In this document: positions 38,080 through 50,847 of the stretch, in pieces
How the letters are laid out: each line of letters opens with the position of its first letter
How positions within the stretch are numbered: position 1 is the stretch's first letter
Origin: Geosiphon pyriformis uo1
Taxonomy: Eukaryota > Fungi > Glomeromycota
Assembly (NCBI GenBank): GCA_016748015.1
Contig: JAAOMT010000531.1
Span: 124,001-188,000 of the forward strand
Direction of reading: 5' to 3'
Length of the DNA stretch: 64,000 bases
Program-made: the position numbers and the translations under genes
The notes under the pieces: model-generated
Seen by the model: only the letters and a program-made list of their open reading frames with translations
The model's database searches: none
What the model was told of the DNA's origin: nothing

Positions 38080-38952
38080 TGTTACAGGTGACTATTTTTG
38101 GTGTTGGATTAGATAACAAATCTGTAACTTGGTGCTCAAATCTAGTTGCAGTTGATAGTGATCTGAAGGTTTGTGTCTGACAGGTTTGTATCTGAAGGGT
38201 TTGGTTAAGTTTTTTGTATAATAAACAGAGATTCAATGGTAATAGTTTTTATCCGTAGCTTTCCAAAACTGCAGTTTTGTCAATTTTTTTCTCAGCTTGA
38301 TGACCAGTATTCCTCTTGGTAAGCTATCTTCAATCAAGTGTTCTATTTTTATTTCTGGGTCTTTTACCAGTCACATTTATCCTGATGTCAGTATCTCATG
38401 CATTAATCCTCAATAGAGTTAGTAAACAACAATAAAATCAAAGCAAGAAATAAAGAAAAGAAAAAAAATTTAAAGAAAGAAAAGAAATAAGCCAAGGCGA
38501 TTTGTGAATTAGTATTCTATCAATAGCCATGATCAAGAGCTATTGTTCTAGTGTGGTTAAGTATCAATTACTATCAACATGAAGTGTTGATAGTAACAGT
38601 GGGTTTGAGATAACAAACAGTTATTTATTTGTGGTTTGGAAGGTTGTCTAGATAAAATCTAAACTAAGAGATCTCTCTTTTTAGCTTCTAATCCTACTGC
38701 TATATATACATAATTAAGATTCCTCAATTCCTTAATTCTTCACAACAGGAATCCTGGAATTTCTAGAATCCTGCAATTTTTTTGAGAGGAATCCTGGAAT
38801 TCTGGAATCTTGCAATTCCTTGTGAGAATTCTGGGATTCCTGGAATTCTGCAATTTCTGAGAGGAATCCTGGAATTCTATATTTTACTATGTCTACTTCT
38901 AATTGGTTAATAACTATGCTAATATATATTCCTTATATTTCTATGAGTAACA
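38080..38952 (-). repeat. 5' LTR of C (873 bp)
   Basis: TGTTAC...GTAACA ends, GGAATTCCT-type array 38718-38880. Confidence 0.95.
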
Positions 38953-41721
38953 CTGACAAATCAGCAGTCTTTTCATTAGAAAGTTCTTTGATCACATATA
39001 TTATATTACTATAATTGATAAGATTCATAACATTGGAAAAAGCAGCATTATTAACATGAGCCAATAACAGATATTGATGACACCACAAATTGGAAACATA
39101 GTTTAATATTACTCTCTTTTTTGTTCAACTTTCCATAATTGCATCAACCTTATTTTTAATCTCAACAGACTTCAGAAACAATTTATCATCAGAACCAAAT
39201 AATTTAACACCACTTTCTGAAAAAAACACTTCAAAACACTTCTAATAGTATGACCTTTATTAACTGTAAAGCTTTTTGTTTTTTTATTAATAACAGATTT
39301 AATGTAAACTTTTTCGGTCTTTAGTGATTCAGCAAGTTTGCAGGCACAGTATAATTTCCTTATATTACAAAAAAAAGACTGTACACAATCAAAATTAGCA
39401 CCAAAATTCAAAAGAATTTGAATAATAGAAGCCTTTTTATTGTTTAAAAACATTTATTGGTCCATTAAAAAAGCAAACTCATTATTGGCATCTTTATGCA
39501 AAGACCTAATAATTCTTAAAACCAAAATTTCCAACTTATAAAATTTGGAAAAGTTTTTAGTAAAAACACTATTAAAATTTTTGAACCACTTTTTTTTGAA
39601 AATCTTATTAGTTAACAAACACACCACCTTGTAAATCACATTCTATATAGATCCAAAAACCTCTTAAAAGTAACAAACTTACCAAAGAACATTATTGTAT
39701 TGGCTGTCATAGAATTTTTAAAATTGCTTCATTTTACTTTATTAGCATCTTTAATATTAAACTTCCAATAAATCTTATTTATCTGTTTGTACACAAGATT
39801 TAATCATACATTTAACAAACTGTTAAATTCACAAAAACAAAAATGGCATGGTGATTAGTGTTAAAATAATTACCAACATTTATAATATCATGATTTACTA
39901 TTGCATTGACCAAACTCAAAAAAACAAACATGTAATCAATTATTATTATAACATCTCTGGAATTTTTCCAAGTTAAAACTTTTACAACTGGGCTTTCAAT
40001 TAAAAAATTAACCAACTCCAAATCAAGGCATTTTTTAAAACTAACACACTTGCAAGAACCATTCTCATTGAAATCCTCATCGAAAATAACAAAAAAAAAT
40101 TTGTTTACAGTATTACAGATGATTATTTGGGGTGTTGAAACAAATAACAAACCTGTAATTTAATGCTCAATAGCTTAATAGTTGGTAATATCTGAAGGTT
40201 TTATTTATTTAAAGGTTTTTGTATCTGAAGGTTTTGTGTTTAAAGGTTTTGGTTGAGTCTTTTATATAATAGACAGAAATTCAATAGTTGTTTTTAATAG
40301 TCTCTCAGAATTACAATTCTGTCAATTTTTTTTTCAGCTTGGTGGCCAGCAATTCTCTGGTAAATAATCTTTAAATTCAAATATTTACTCTCTCACAGAA
40401 GTCTTTTATCAAACAATTATTGACATCAATAACTCAGTACTTAATCCTTTTAATCAATTTAGTAAACAACAAAAGAAAATAAAATAAAAAAAAATAAAAA
40501 AAATAAAAGAAAATAAAAGAAAATAAAGAAATAAAGAAAATAAAATAAAAAATAAAAAATAAGTGTCTTGTCAATAACCATGATCAAAAATTATTATGCC
40601 AGCAGATTAAATAGTGGATAATAACATGGATTTAAAGAATTGAAAAAATATTTTATTAATATAATTCTATTTCAGTTGATAGCAACTATTTTTGAAGAAA
40701 GAAGTATTTAATAATTATAACCTGTGAGTCTAATTGACTCTAAGAGTCTAAGAGTCTAATTGACTAATTTTCTAGCTTCTAATACTACTGCTATATATAC
40801 ATAAATTTTATTGTATGAGATTCCTTAAATTCCTTAATTCTCTAGCCAGAAATTCTGAAATTCCTGGAATCTTGTAATTTTTCATACAGAAATCCTGCAA
40901 TTTCTTTAAGAAAAATTCTGAAATTTCACTTTTACTATATTTATTCTGATTGGCTAATTTATGTACTAATATTTAATTCCTATATTCTATAAATAACAAC
41001 AGTCTTTGCAATTAAAGAGTTGATTTTATTAGCTTGAAACAAATGCACAGTCAAAGTGATATTAATATACAGCCCCAAAATCAAAACAGATAATTTATTC
41101 TTGAAAAGCAGCTTAATAAACAAAAGTCTATTAGCAATTTCTGAAATCTTGCACACATGTCTTATCAAACTAATATTTATGATAACTGCAATACCAGAAC
41201 CCAAATAACTAGACTTTAAACCAGAAGTGAATATCCAAATACTATCAAACTTGTTTATAATTTATGGATAAACTTTCTTTTTCAATTTTGTCTTAGTAAC
41301 AATAAAAATTAAATTGTTTATAGCTTTGTGCCAATAAATAACATTGGCTTGCTTAACAGAAGTGTTTATACTCTTAATATTACATATAATTACTTTTCAA
41401 ATAAGATTGGCTATTAAGAGAAATAAGTACCAGAACCCAAATCAGCATTGTCTACTCTGACCAATAAGCCCATAACTGTGTTTGACAAATTGCTTAAAGT
41501 CTCTTCCAATTTTGAAACAATTGAAAGATTAAAACTTACTATTCTTACAACAGTCTTATTACTAGTGATTACACTTAAATTCTTACTTATTACTATATCT
41601 GCCTCTTGATTCTGTGATAAAGAGTTTACTAATGGCTGACATCCAAAGCTAGACTAGGAAACCATTGGCTTAAGTGTGTTTAACTTCTTAGCCAGCTTAT
41701 TAACTTGCTCTGTGAGGCTGT
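38953..41721 (-). mobile_element. LINE-2nd copy, end of ORF1 and APE endonuclease part of ORF2 (interrupted by solo LTR F)
   Basis: Minus strand from 41414 reads (M)ANLI(W)KVIICNI..., then GSGIAVII, EDFNE, IDYMFV, TNHHAI (APE motifs). Continuous with 25618-28823 across C. Confidence 0.8.
40111..40998 (-). mobile_element. Solo LTR F (sister family of the C LTR)
   Basis: TATTACA..ATAACA ends, exact TSD ACAG (40107-40110, 40999-41002), patchy similarity to C LTR including the GAATTCC array. Confidence 0.87.
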
Positions 41722-42782
41722 TGTTACCCGAGTAAAAAAACTGATCCAAAGTTATGAAAAAACATGACCAAAATGTAACATAACACAGAATAATACACAA
41801 TAATATTGGATAATACATTATAACATAGGATAACATGTTATAATGCAATAATGTAGGATAACGTGTTATAATGCAGGATAACACAAAATAACATGTAATA
41901 ACATCAGATAACGTGTTATAACATAGAATAACTAATGATAACATAGAAAAATGAAGCAATAACAGAAACAACAAAGCAATAGCTAGCAATAGCGAGACAA
42001 TTGAAAGCAATTCTGTAAAACCAAAAGAATGTATAAAAGCAAGTAGTTATAGAAATAAGAAAAGACAGACAGATAGATACGAACCTCTAGACAAGAATTA
42101 AATATTCATACCCTTTCATCCTTTGTTATCTTCTCTATTTCATCTTCTGAAATAAAACCAATTATTAAAAGAAATCAGAATCACAAATTCATGTTCTTGA
42201 ACTTCGTGGAATTTACGTGAATTAATCTTTGTTTCGTATCTCCATTCTAAGACAGATGCTCTTAGCATAACCACCTCAAATCTATTAATGATTTAGACCA
42301 ATTGCTTTTGATCATGGCAATTGACAATACTAATTTATCTTTTCTCTCTTTTCTTTTTTTTTCTTTTTCTTTTTTTTTCTTTTTCTGTCTTATTTTTGTG
42401 GAGCAGCAACATAGTAAAATCAACTGTCTGAGAATAAACTTTGTGATAGCCTGGTAAAAGAGAGAAGCTTTTCCTAAATTTTAGATATTAATATTATCTT
42501 GTTAGCTTACCAAAAGGGCAAAAAGACAACACCAGACCCTAATGACTGTGCTCATTAGCTTGGAGAAGAAAGCTCACATTTACGAAAAATATTGTAATCG
42601 ATGAAAGACAAACTCTGTGCCTTATAACCAAAGAACTCAATGGGTAAATTTACATCCAAAAATAGACCTTCAGAGACTGATAATCAAGACTAAGCCAACA
42701 GAATTATGCGGAAGATGCATTATCAATAATTGAGAGCACCAAACATTACCATTTCTCATACCCACCAAGTTTACCCATAACA
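41722..42782 (+). repeat. 5' LTR of D (1061 bp)
   Basis: Direct repeat of 50848-52005, GGATAAC array then TATAAAA ~42032. Confidence 0.93.
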
Positions 42783-42784
42783 TT

Positions 42785-42801
42785 TGGTGCTTTCTGTAAG
42801 A
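42785..42801 (+). promoter_or_regulatory. Primer-binding site of D
   Basis: TGGTGCTTTCTGTAAGA 2 nt after the LTR. Confidence 0.85.
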
Positions 42802-42844
42802 TTATAAATCCACAAAGACAGAGCACCCCCAAAAATACATAAAA

Positions 42845-45800
42845 GTGATGATTATTGGAACAATAGGAAAGGACCACTCTTCGTACAGAAAAGCACTATT
42901 TCAATACTTTCAAAAAGACCTGGAAATACCAGCAGAAACCGCTTATGCAGAAAGTGATTTTTGTAACTATATCAATGCAAAAATTGACTGCTTGTTAGGC
43001 TGTGCAACTGATATAGGAAGACTTGAAGAACAAATCTATCAAAGCTTACTAGGATACTCAACAGCCATGACTACCTAAGCAATTGCTGAAACTCTGCACA
43101 TAATTGATACAGACATTAAATATTACGTGGCACAACAATTCCCTCAAGTACAACAACCAGTAGAATCTGACCCTGAGGAATATGAAAACAAATTCAACAA
43201 CCCCGTAACTGCCCAAGCCAAGTCCACAGTCAACAAAAAACCAAGAGTCCTCTTCCCAACAACTCCATTATACCATCAGACACCCCAAAGTAGAATTGTA
43301 TTCAATTCACTCCTGGAAACCCAGTTGGAAACACCATAAAATTCTGGAAATCCACACTCTTGGAATCAACACAGTTGGACCAAATTACTAGGAAAATATG
43401 GATTGCTGTTTGGAAATCTTACCCCAACAGCCAGTCAAACAAAAGGAAACCCGTCAACTTGGGAACAGCCACCAGCACAAAACCTAGCAGAATTAGCATC
43501 TCCCCTAACAGAAGAAACAGCTATCTTACAATCTATTGGTTCAAGCGACAAAAAAAAGCAACCAGCATTAGCACCTGAAGAACACTCAAATACGCAGACA
43601 CCAATCCCTTTAAACATAACCAGTAACACCCCACCCATTAACTGAATTATGGCTTACCGGGATATTACTAAATTGGAAAAATTCTCTGGTAAAGAAGATA
43701 ACACATATTCTTTGATCGTGGACGCTGAGAAAGCAATTACCACTAACAGTTAGAATAACGACCGCACAATTTAGGCACTGCCATTCTTTCTGACTGGAAC
43801 TGCCAATTCATGGTACCAGAGCCTGGCAGAGAAGTCTATCTCCTTTACTGAGTTTAAACTCGCATTTCTGCAATACTTCTGTGATCCCAATACATTAATC
43901 CGATTGCAGAATCAATTCAGCATAATTAAACAAAAAAATCATGAAGCAGTAACTACTTATTTCGGATGATTCAATCAAATCCTGCATCAAATATTAGCTA
44001 TCAAAAGGGACTACTACACCACGGTGCAAATTTTTAATCAATTCATTAAAGAATTGTGGAGTAGTATTCTAAGATCCATAAGACCCTGCCATCCGACCAG
44101 TTTATAAGACACCATCGCTCTCGCTCATGATTTTGAATCTGCAGAACAAGAAGCAAACCATACCCAAGCTGTTAATTTAGTCATTAATGGAACCTCTGAC
44201 ATTGATGCAAAGATAACTCAATTGAGTGAAAAACTAACTCAAAAAATTAAGGGATTCTTAGCTGGAACTACAAAAACTTATCAACCATCCCAATGGAGAG
44301 AAAATAACAACAACAGCAGATACCCATAGTAACAGAACTGTCAGCAACAGCAACAATCTTGGAGATCCGATCTCCACAACTGTTACTACTGCCAAAAACC
44401 TAGACACATTACCTGTGACTGCAGAAAAAGATCATGGACCAAAATCAAGAAAACCCATACCAGCAACCCAGATATCAGCAAAACATAGTACCCTAATATT
44501 CTATACCTCAGAATCAACCACCCCTATACACACAACAAGTCCCGTACATTCAACCACCACCCCAGAATTATTATTAACCACCACCAATAACACAAGCAAT
44601 CCTTCACTATCAAACTTCCCCTTACAGCCTGTCCAGACCTCAAGCTATAAACTATAATCAGGGATGAAGAAATTCCAACAACAATCAGATGCAAACCAAC
44701 AGTAGATTGTCTCGACCAATCCCTTGTGGTCCTGCCCAATTTCGACCAACACCAACTGGATACCCGAATTAAGCTTCCTATCTCGGTTTTATGGAAGACC
44801 AGAGTTTTGATAAGTCTACACTTGTGGAAGAGGGAGATATAGAACGAATTTCCCAACCTTCCAAGCAAACAAAAAGCAATATCCCACCAGTCACTATTAC
44901 TGAAGACACCACCCTAGCCGCCATATTTCCTTTTGACATCGATAATTTGAACATCCATAGCCTTTTTAGTGAAGCAGCCATCAATCAAAATAAACCAATA
45001 ATGGCTCTATACACTGATGCCAGAGTCGGAGGAATAGACATTAAATTAATCCTGGATAGCGGATCAGCCAGTAGCATAATCACGAAGCAGCTCATAGACC
45101 AACTAGGTCGCCAAGTAGACTGTGCTGCTACCATCCAGATTATTACAGTGGATAGAAACACAAAAACCCTGATAGGAGAAATTGACAACTTCCCCTTTGA
45201 GATTAATGGAATCCAAATCCCTACCAAAGTACTCGTCATGGAAGCTACTTAATATCAAGCTCTAATAGGAAACAATTGGTTGTCAAAAGCCAATATTACT
45301 CTCGACTAGAACACCTAAGAACTTCAACTTACGTTCAATGGACAGCATACCTGAGTTCCAGCTATGTGTAGACACTTTAAAACCCAATGTACCAAGGAAT
45401 TCCTTATTGAATTCAAAAACACATCAATGCCACCAACCATCGAGACCTATCAGGTTTCATAGATGGATGATTATCAAACTAAACTACTCCCACCACCAAC
45501 CTGGGAAGAAAAAGGAAAAGGCAGAGCCGAAGAAAAACCCAATCATCATCACTAGGATACGTAACCTCAGACCAAAAAAACTTATTTTACTAACCTCCAA
45601 GACTAATATGTGTTGATTGTGGAAAAAAACTATTCACTATGGGCGCATGTATCAGGGACAATGAAGAATGGCCCACTGCCACCAAATACTATTGCAGACC
45701 TTGTTTACTGGAAAGATTTGAACGACCAAAATGACAAGGCAAGTGGGACAACACACTGTGCCTCGCATGTGGTGAAATCCTGCCAGATGAAGGATTCTAG

Positions 45801-48640
45801 AATGATGTGCCTGGCAGAGGAGGAACATGCGACAAGGCTTGTCAATACACCATATTAATCAACAATTGGGTATAAAAGGGAACCCCCATCAAGAACGCTT
45901 GGAAACAAGCACTCAACAGGCTGGATGGTTATCCACATGATAACCATGAAATCTGGAGAATGGCAAGTGCCAAGGCCAAAGATACCACGTCTGAAAAAAT
46001 ACAAAAAATCAAGGACAACTCTTGAACACCCAAATATAATGGACCCAACTACCCTGAGGATGATTTTTTTACAGATGACCCAGATGCATTTCAGAATTAA
46101 TATCAGGAATTGGCCCTGACTTGCGAAGAACAGGAGCAAAGGTTGGCCGATTTGAATACCAAACTGTGCAATCACTGTTTAATCCCCTGTCACTTCCAGT
46201 ACTGCGACGAATGTGATCTTATGTTCAATCTGCCTCCAAGAATACTGTTTCCAATCACCAAATTACCTGAGCCCGAAGAAGAGGTATTGATCACTGAGGA
46301 CATGTCGTTTCAAGATCCAACTAAGGATACTAAAACAGAACAGTATCTTACATATCCCGACCTATCCAAAGAACTAAAGCTAAAATGGTACAGTGACAAT
46401 GAGAAAGGAATCTGCCCCAAAAAAGCACATGATACTGATGCCAGTTTTGACTTATAATACCCCAGACAATCACTTATCATTATAGCCCCATATTCCCTCG
46501 TAAAAATAGATCTTAAGATAGCGTTAGAAATTTCTGTTAATACAATGGTACAAGTTGTCTCTCAATCTAGTCTAGCCAAGAAAAAAATCAATGTAAAAGA
46601 AGGAATCATCAATGCTGGTTACATGGGAAACATCATCGTAATGCTACAGAACAATTCGGACAGACCCTACAAAATAGAATTATAAGAAAAAATTGCCCAA
46701 GCTATCTTCCTACCCCTAGTCAAAATACTCCAATTAACCCTGGTAACAACTCAAGAAGAGTTAGGCTTCACTGCCCAAGGAATCAACGGGTTTGGATCAA
46801 GTAGAAGAGGAAACATACCAGTTAATTTCACAGAGGAAAACAGTGACCAGGTAGAATTTATCAACACTGACACTGTCATCTCCATTCCCCTATATCAACA
46901 ATACATCCTCAAGGTGAATTGAAAGATCCAAGATCAAGCCCTGTTATTTGAAGCCAGTCCCAAAATCTGTTCCCTAGCCAATGTTGCTAATCTATATCTA
47001 CTGGTCAAAGCCCATAAACACTTCAAAATCCCCATCCATAACCCAACAGAAGATGTCATTGAAATCCCCGAAGGGACTCTCATTGGTTCCATATCCATAG
47101 ATATTCAGAATCCTGAAAAACTCCAGTCCATTCCAGATTTCGCACAATTATTCTTATTCTGTAACATTATCTTACAAGTATGGAATTTGCCAAAAGAAAG
47201 TTACTTGTTTACACCAAAAGAGATCAATAAATTGAATTTAGGAAATTTAAGTACCCTGCAACAAATGCAACTCAAAGTCCTTCTGAATCAGTATGCCAAT
47301 GTTTTTGCCAGTGAAAATGAGTTCGAACACACCGACATTGTGAAGCATCAGATTGATATGGGAGATACTCGACCAATTAAGCAACAAGCTTACCACATAC
47401 TCCCATCTGGTAATAACTTAATTAAGCAAGAAGTGCAACAGATGCTTGATAATGGCCTAATCAAAGAATTGTTAAGCCCTTGGTCCTCTTCAATAGTCTT
47501 GGTTACCAAGAAAAATGGAAAAGTGCGATTCTGCGTAAATTATCAAAAACTAAATAGTGTCACATAAGGAGATAGTTATCTCACTCCCCTTATCCAGGAA
47601 ATTCTGGACAATCTAGGAAAAAAAATAGTTCTCGTCATTAGATTTAGCAAGTGGTTACTGGCAAGTTGAAATGGACCTCAAAGACAAAGGAAAAACAGCA
47701 TTTACCACTTAAGATAGAAACTTCGAGTTTAATGTAATGCCTTTTGGACTTTGTAATGTTTTTGCCATGTTTCAATGCCTGATGAATGTAGTATACAAAA
47801 GAATCCTTTGGAAATCAGTAGTAGTCTACCTAGATGACACAAACATGTTCTCCGAAACATTCAATGACCATTTGCTCCACCTGCAACAAGTTTTTGAATG
47901 CCTTTGTAGTGCCAGATTGAAACTCAATCCCAAGAAGTGCTTCTTTGGAAAAACTGAGTTAAAATTCCTAGGACATGTAATCGGCAAGAATGGAGTTAAA
48001 CCCGATCCAAATAAAGTACAAAAAATCAAGAATTTTCCAGCCCCAATCAGCCCCAATCAACCTTAGAGAATTACGAAGATTTCTAAGATTGTCAGGATAT
48101 TATCATTGATTTGTCAAAGGTTTCTCAAACATTGCAAAACCATTCCATCAATTGTTGTCCAAATACGTACCGTACTTGTGGAAAAAAGATCAACAAAAAG
48201 CATTCGACTATCTCAAGCAGCAATTAATCACATCCCCAATCCTGATTTATCCAGATTTCACTAAACAGTTCATTGTCGCTACAGATGCCTCGAAAAATGC
48301 TCTAGGAGCAGTCTTATCACAGATAGGACCGGACAATAGAGAACACTCAGTTGCCTATACTAGTCGCAATACTAGCCCAGCAGAAAAGAATTACAGCACA
48401 ACAGATCTGGAATGTCTTGCCATTTATTGGGCCATACAGACTTGGAAACATTATCTCAATCAACTATTTGACCTATATACCAACCACAAAAGACTTATTT
48501 GGTTACTCAACAATCCACAACTAGAAAGAAAATATGCGAGATGGAGTACTTATCTGCAACAATTCTCACTTAAAGTCTATTACAAAGAAGGATCCAAGAA
48601 CACCAATGCTGACAGTTTGTTGAAGATGCCACAAACCTAA
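42845..48640 (+). pseudogene. Gag-PR-Cys-rich-dUTPase-RT-RNase H polyprotein of D (stops and a few indels)
   Basis: CYYCQKP(G)HITCDC, LILDSGSA, YLDD, ATDAS. Ends NADSLLKMPQT*. Confidence 0.9.
46410..46809 (+). pseudogene. dUTPase domain of D
   Basis: AHDTDASFDL, SSLAKK, GII(D)AGYMGNI, KIAQ, GINGFGSS. Confidence 0.9.
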
Positions 48641-48650
48641 TCCCAGACCC

Positions 48651-50018
48651 ATGGACACACTCACTTATCAATGACTACATTAGTATCTATCGACACTTTG
48701 TTTCAAGAAGATATTATCTCAACAGGAACAGAGTACCATATGAAAACAAGCCTGAAATTATTTTATTCAAGACAACCAACTATATCAACAAGAACGCCAA
48801 AACCACCCCAACCCACAATGACTAATCAAGAACAGTGAAAGAGAAACTATACTATATAGCATGCACTCAGATCTGACTACAGGACACTTTAACAAAGATG
48901 CTACCCTCGAAAGAACACTAAACTTATACTATTGGCTAACAATGTACAAAGACATTTTTGAATACATGCTTAATTGTGACACATGCCAGCAAAGAGGAGA
49001 AGCAAGATCAACAGACCCACTTTGACCCATTCCAGTTGGAAATTCATTTAATAGAATCAGGATCGATTTGGTTGAACTTCTTTCAATTACATCCCAAGGA
49101 AATTACTATATCACTGTAGCTGTAGACTATTTTACAAAATGGCCAAAAACCAGAGCAATCCAAGTGGCCGATGCCAAAACAGTAGCCAAATTTGTGCATC
49201 AAGACCTAATTTGCTAACATGGATGTCCGAAAGAATTATTATCTGATCAGGGAACACACTTTGTTAATAATACATTGACTGAACTAAGCCAACAGTTTAG
49301 AATAAAGAGACCCTTATCTTTACCATACCATCCACAAACAAACAGACTGGTAGAATGATTTAACAGAACACTGTGTAAAGCATTAGCAAAAATAAGTTAT
49401 GAAAACAGACAAGAATAGGACTTATTCATACCTTCTGTACTCTTTGCATATTGAACATTAAAACAAAATATGACTCAGTTCACACTGTTTGAATTAGTCT
49501 ATGAAAGAAAAGCTATGTTACTAATTGAATGAGTGATACCATCATATCCAACAGAAACAATCAATAAAGAGAATTTTGAAGTTACCTTACACCAAAGAAT
49601 ATACCAGCTAATGGAAACGTTGGAAAACAATTGAAAAACAGCAGCTGACAATATTAGTCATGCTCAAAAATGACAAAAAGAAAGACATGATAAACACCTA
49701 TTAAAACAACCAATGGAATTCAAGATTGGAGACCAAGTACTGCTATATTATACAAAAGCTGAGAAACAGTGGAGTAGAAAGTTTGACCCAAAGTGGGACA
49801 GTCTATTCTACATACATGAAGCATTAGGAAATGGAGCTTACAAATTACGATTGGAAGACAGGATTTTAAAGAAAGTAGTGCATGGAAATTGATTAAAAAT
49901 TTATCATGTAAAACAGAAATCATTGTCATCAGTATCTCAATTAGGAATACAAATTTCATTAATCAGACCAGAAAATATATCATGAGATCTGGAACTAATT
50001 ATCATCATTGAAACGTAG
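48651..50018 (+). pseudogene. Stand-alone integrase ORF of D
   Basis: ATG 10 nt after the RH stop, in a different frame (MDTLTYQ...). MHSDLTTGH..CDTC, SDQG, PQTN. Confidence 0.9.
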
Positions 50019-50098
50019 ACAATGGACAGCAAATTAAATTGGGAAATTCAAATATATATAGCATCTGAAAAGCAGCAAGAAACAATAGAAATTTCAAC

Positions 50099-50833
50099 AT
50101 GGACCTTTCAGATCAAATTTTAAAATTATCTAAACAATTATTTGAAACAATTCAAAAATCAACATCTCAAATAGAAATAACAATTGATAAAAAAAAGATA
50201 TGGTACAAAGATAAGAGCAAGAGAGGGGAAGACAAGAGTTTAATTAGAACTAAACATTCTCTTCTCTACCCACCACCCAAAAGAGAATGTTAAAGAAAAA
50301 ATTGCCTTTGGGCAGAAGGTGGAAAAGAAGGAGGCAAAAAATGAAAAAAAGGTTACAAAAAAAGATACTTGGTTCCCGAGCTCGAAGAAATAAAAGAAGC
50401 TTTAGCTCATGAGACCAAACTCTCTGAAACAAGGGAGTGGACACCTGACAATGCCCAGGAATAGAAAGAAAGACTTCCTCCAGCTTATTGGTTCTACAAA
50501 ATTGGAGAACAGCTTGACTTGAAAACACCATACGAAGACCTCAGCCAGAAAACATTCAACAAAGAAGCAATACAACAAGTAGAAAAATTCATAAGGAAAA
50601 ACAACCTGACCCTACATTACAAAGCAACATACCAACTATATGCCACCTTCCAACATTGCCCAAACGTACTACTGAACGGATCTATGAAAACCATAATGAT
50701 TAACAACATAGAACGAATAACCAATCAACAGTTCAAAGACCTACAAAAGGCAATACTCGAGGCAACAATCGAACATTACATAAACAAAGTCATGATAACA
50801 GATACATACGGTTTTGCAGGAGCTCAATTTTAA
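50099..50833 (+). pseudogene. ORF-X of D (~245 aa)
   Basis: MDLSDQILKLSKQLF...FYKIGEQL...KATYQLYATF...YGFAGAQF*, homologous by eye to C ORF-X. Confidence 0.8.
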
Positions 50834-50847
50834 AAAGAGAGGGATAA
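50832..50847 (+). promoter_or_regulatory. Polypurine tract of D
   Basis: AAAAAGAGAGGGATAA directly before TGTTAC. Confidence 0.85.

Larger units (their letters stand above)
28824..38952 (-). mobile_element. Ty3/Gypsy LTR retrotransposon C (family 2, dUTPase-bearing)
   Basis: LTRs 38080-38952 (5') and 28824-29640 (3'), TSD TTGA/CTGA, PBS 38061-38077, PPT 29641-29655. Confidence 0.95.

Noticed and set aside
41704-41717. PBS-like TGCTCTGTGAGG just upstream of D's 5' LTR
   Set aside because: Explained as LINE ORF1 codons (SLTEQ) on the minus strand, and it is on the wrong side of the LTR.
41654-42010. Hydrophobic minus-strand ORFs (also 51034-51312) resembling a signal peptide or env
   Set aside because: They are antisense translations of the D LTR tandem array and adjacent A-rich U3, and the frames are not kept between the two LTRs.
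44415-44440. Frame change after the zinc knuckle of D as a programmed frameshift
   Set aside because: No X XXY YYZ heptamer in phase. It looks like a 1-nt loss in an A-run, and sister element C is continuous.
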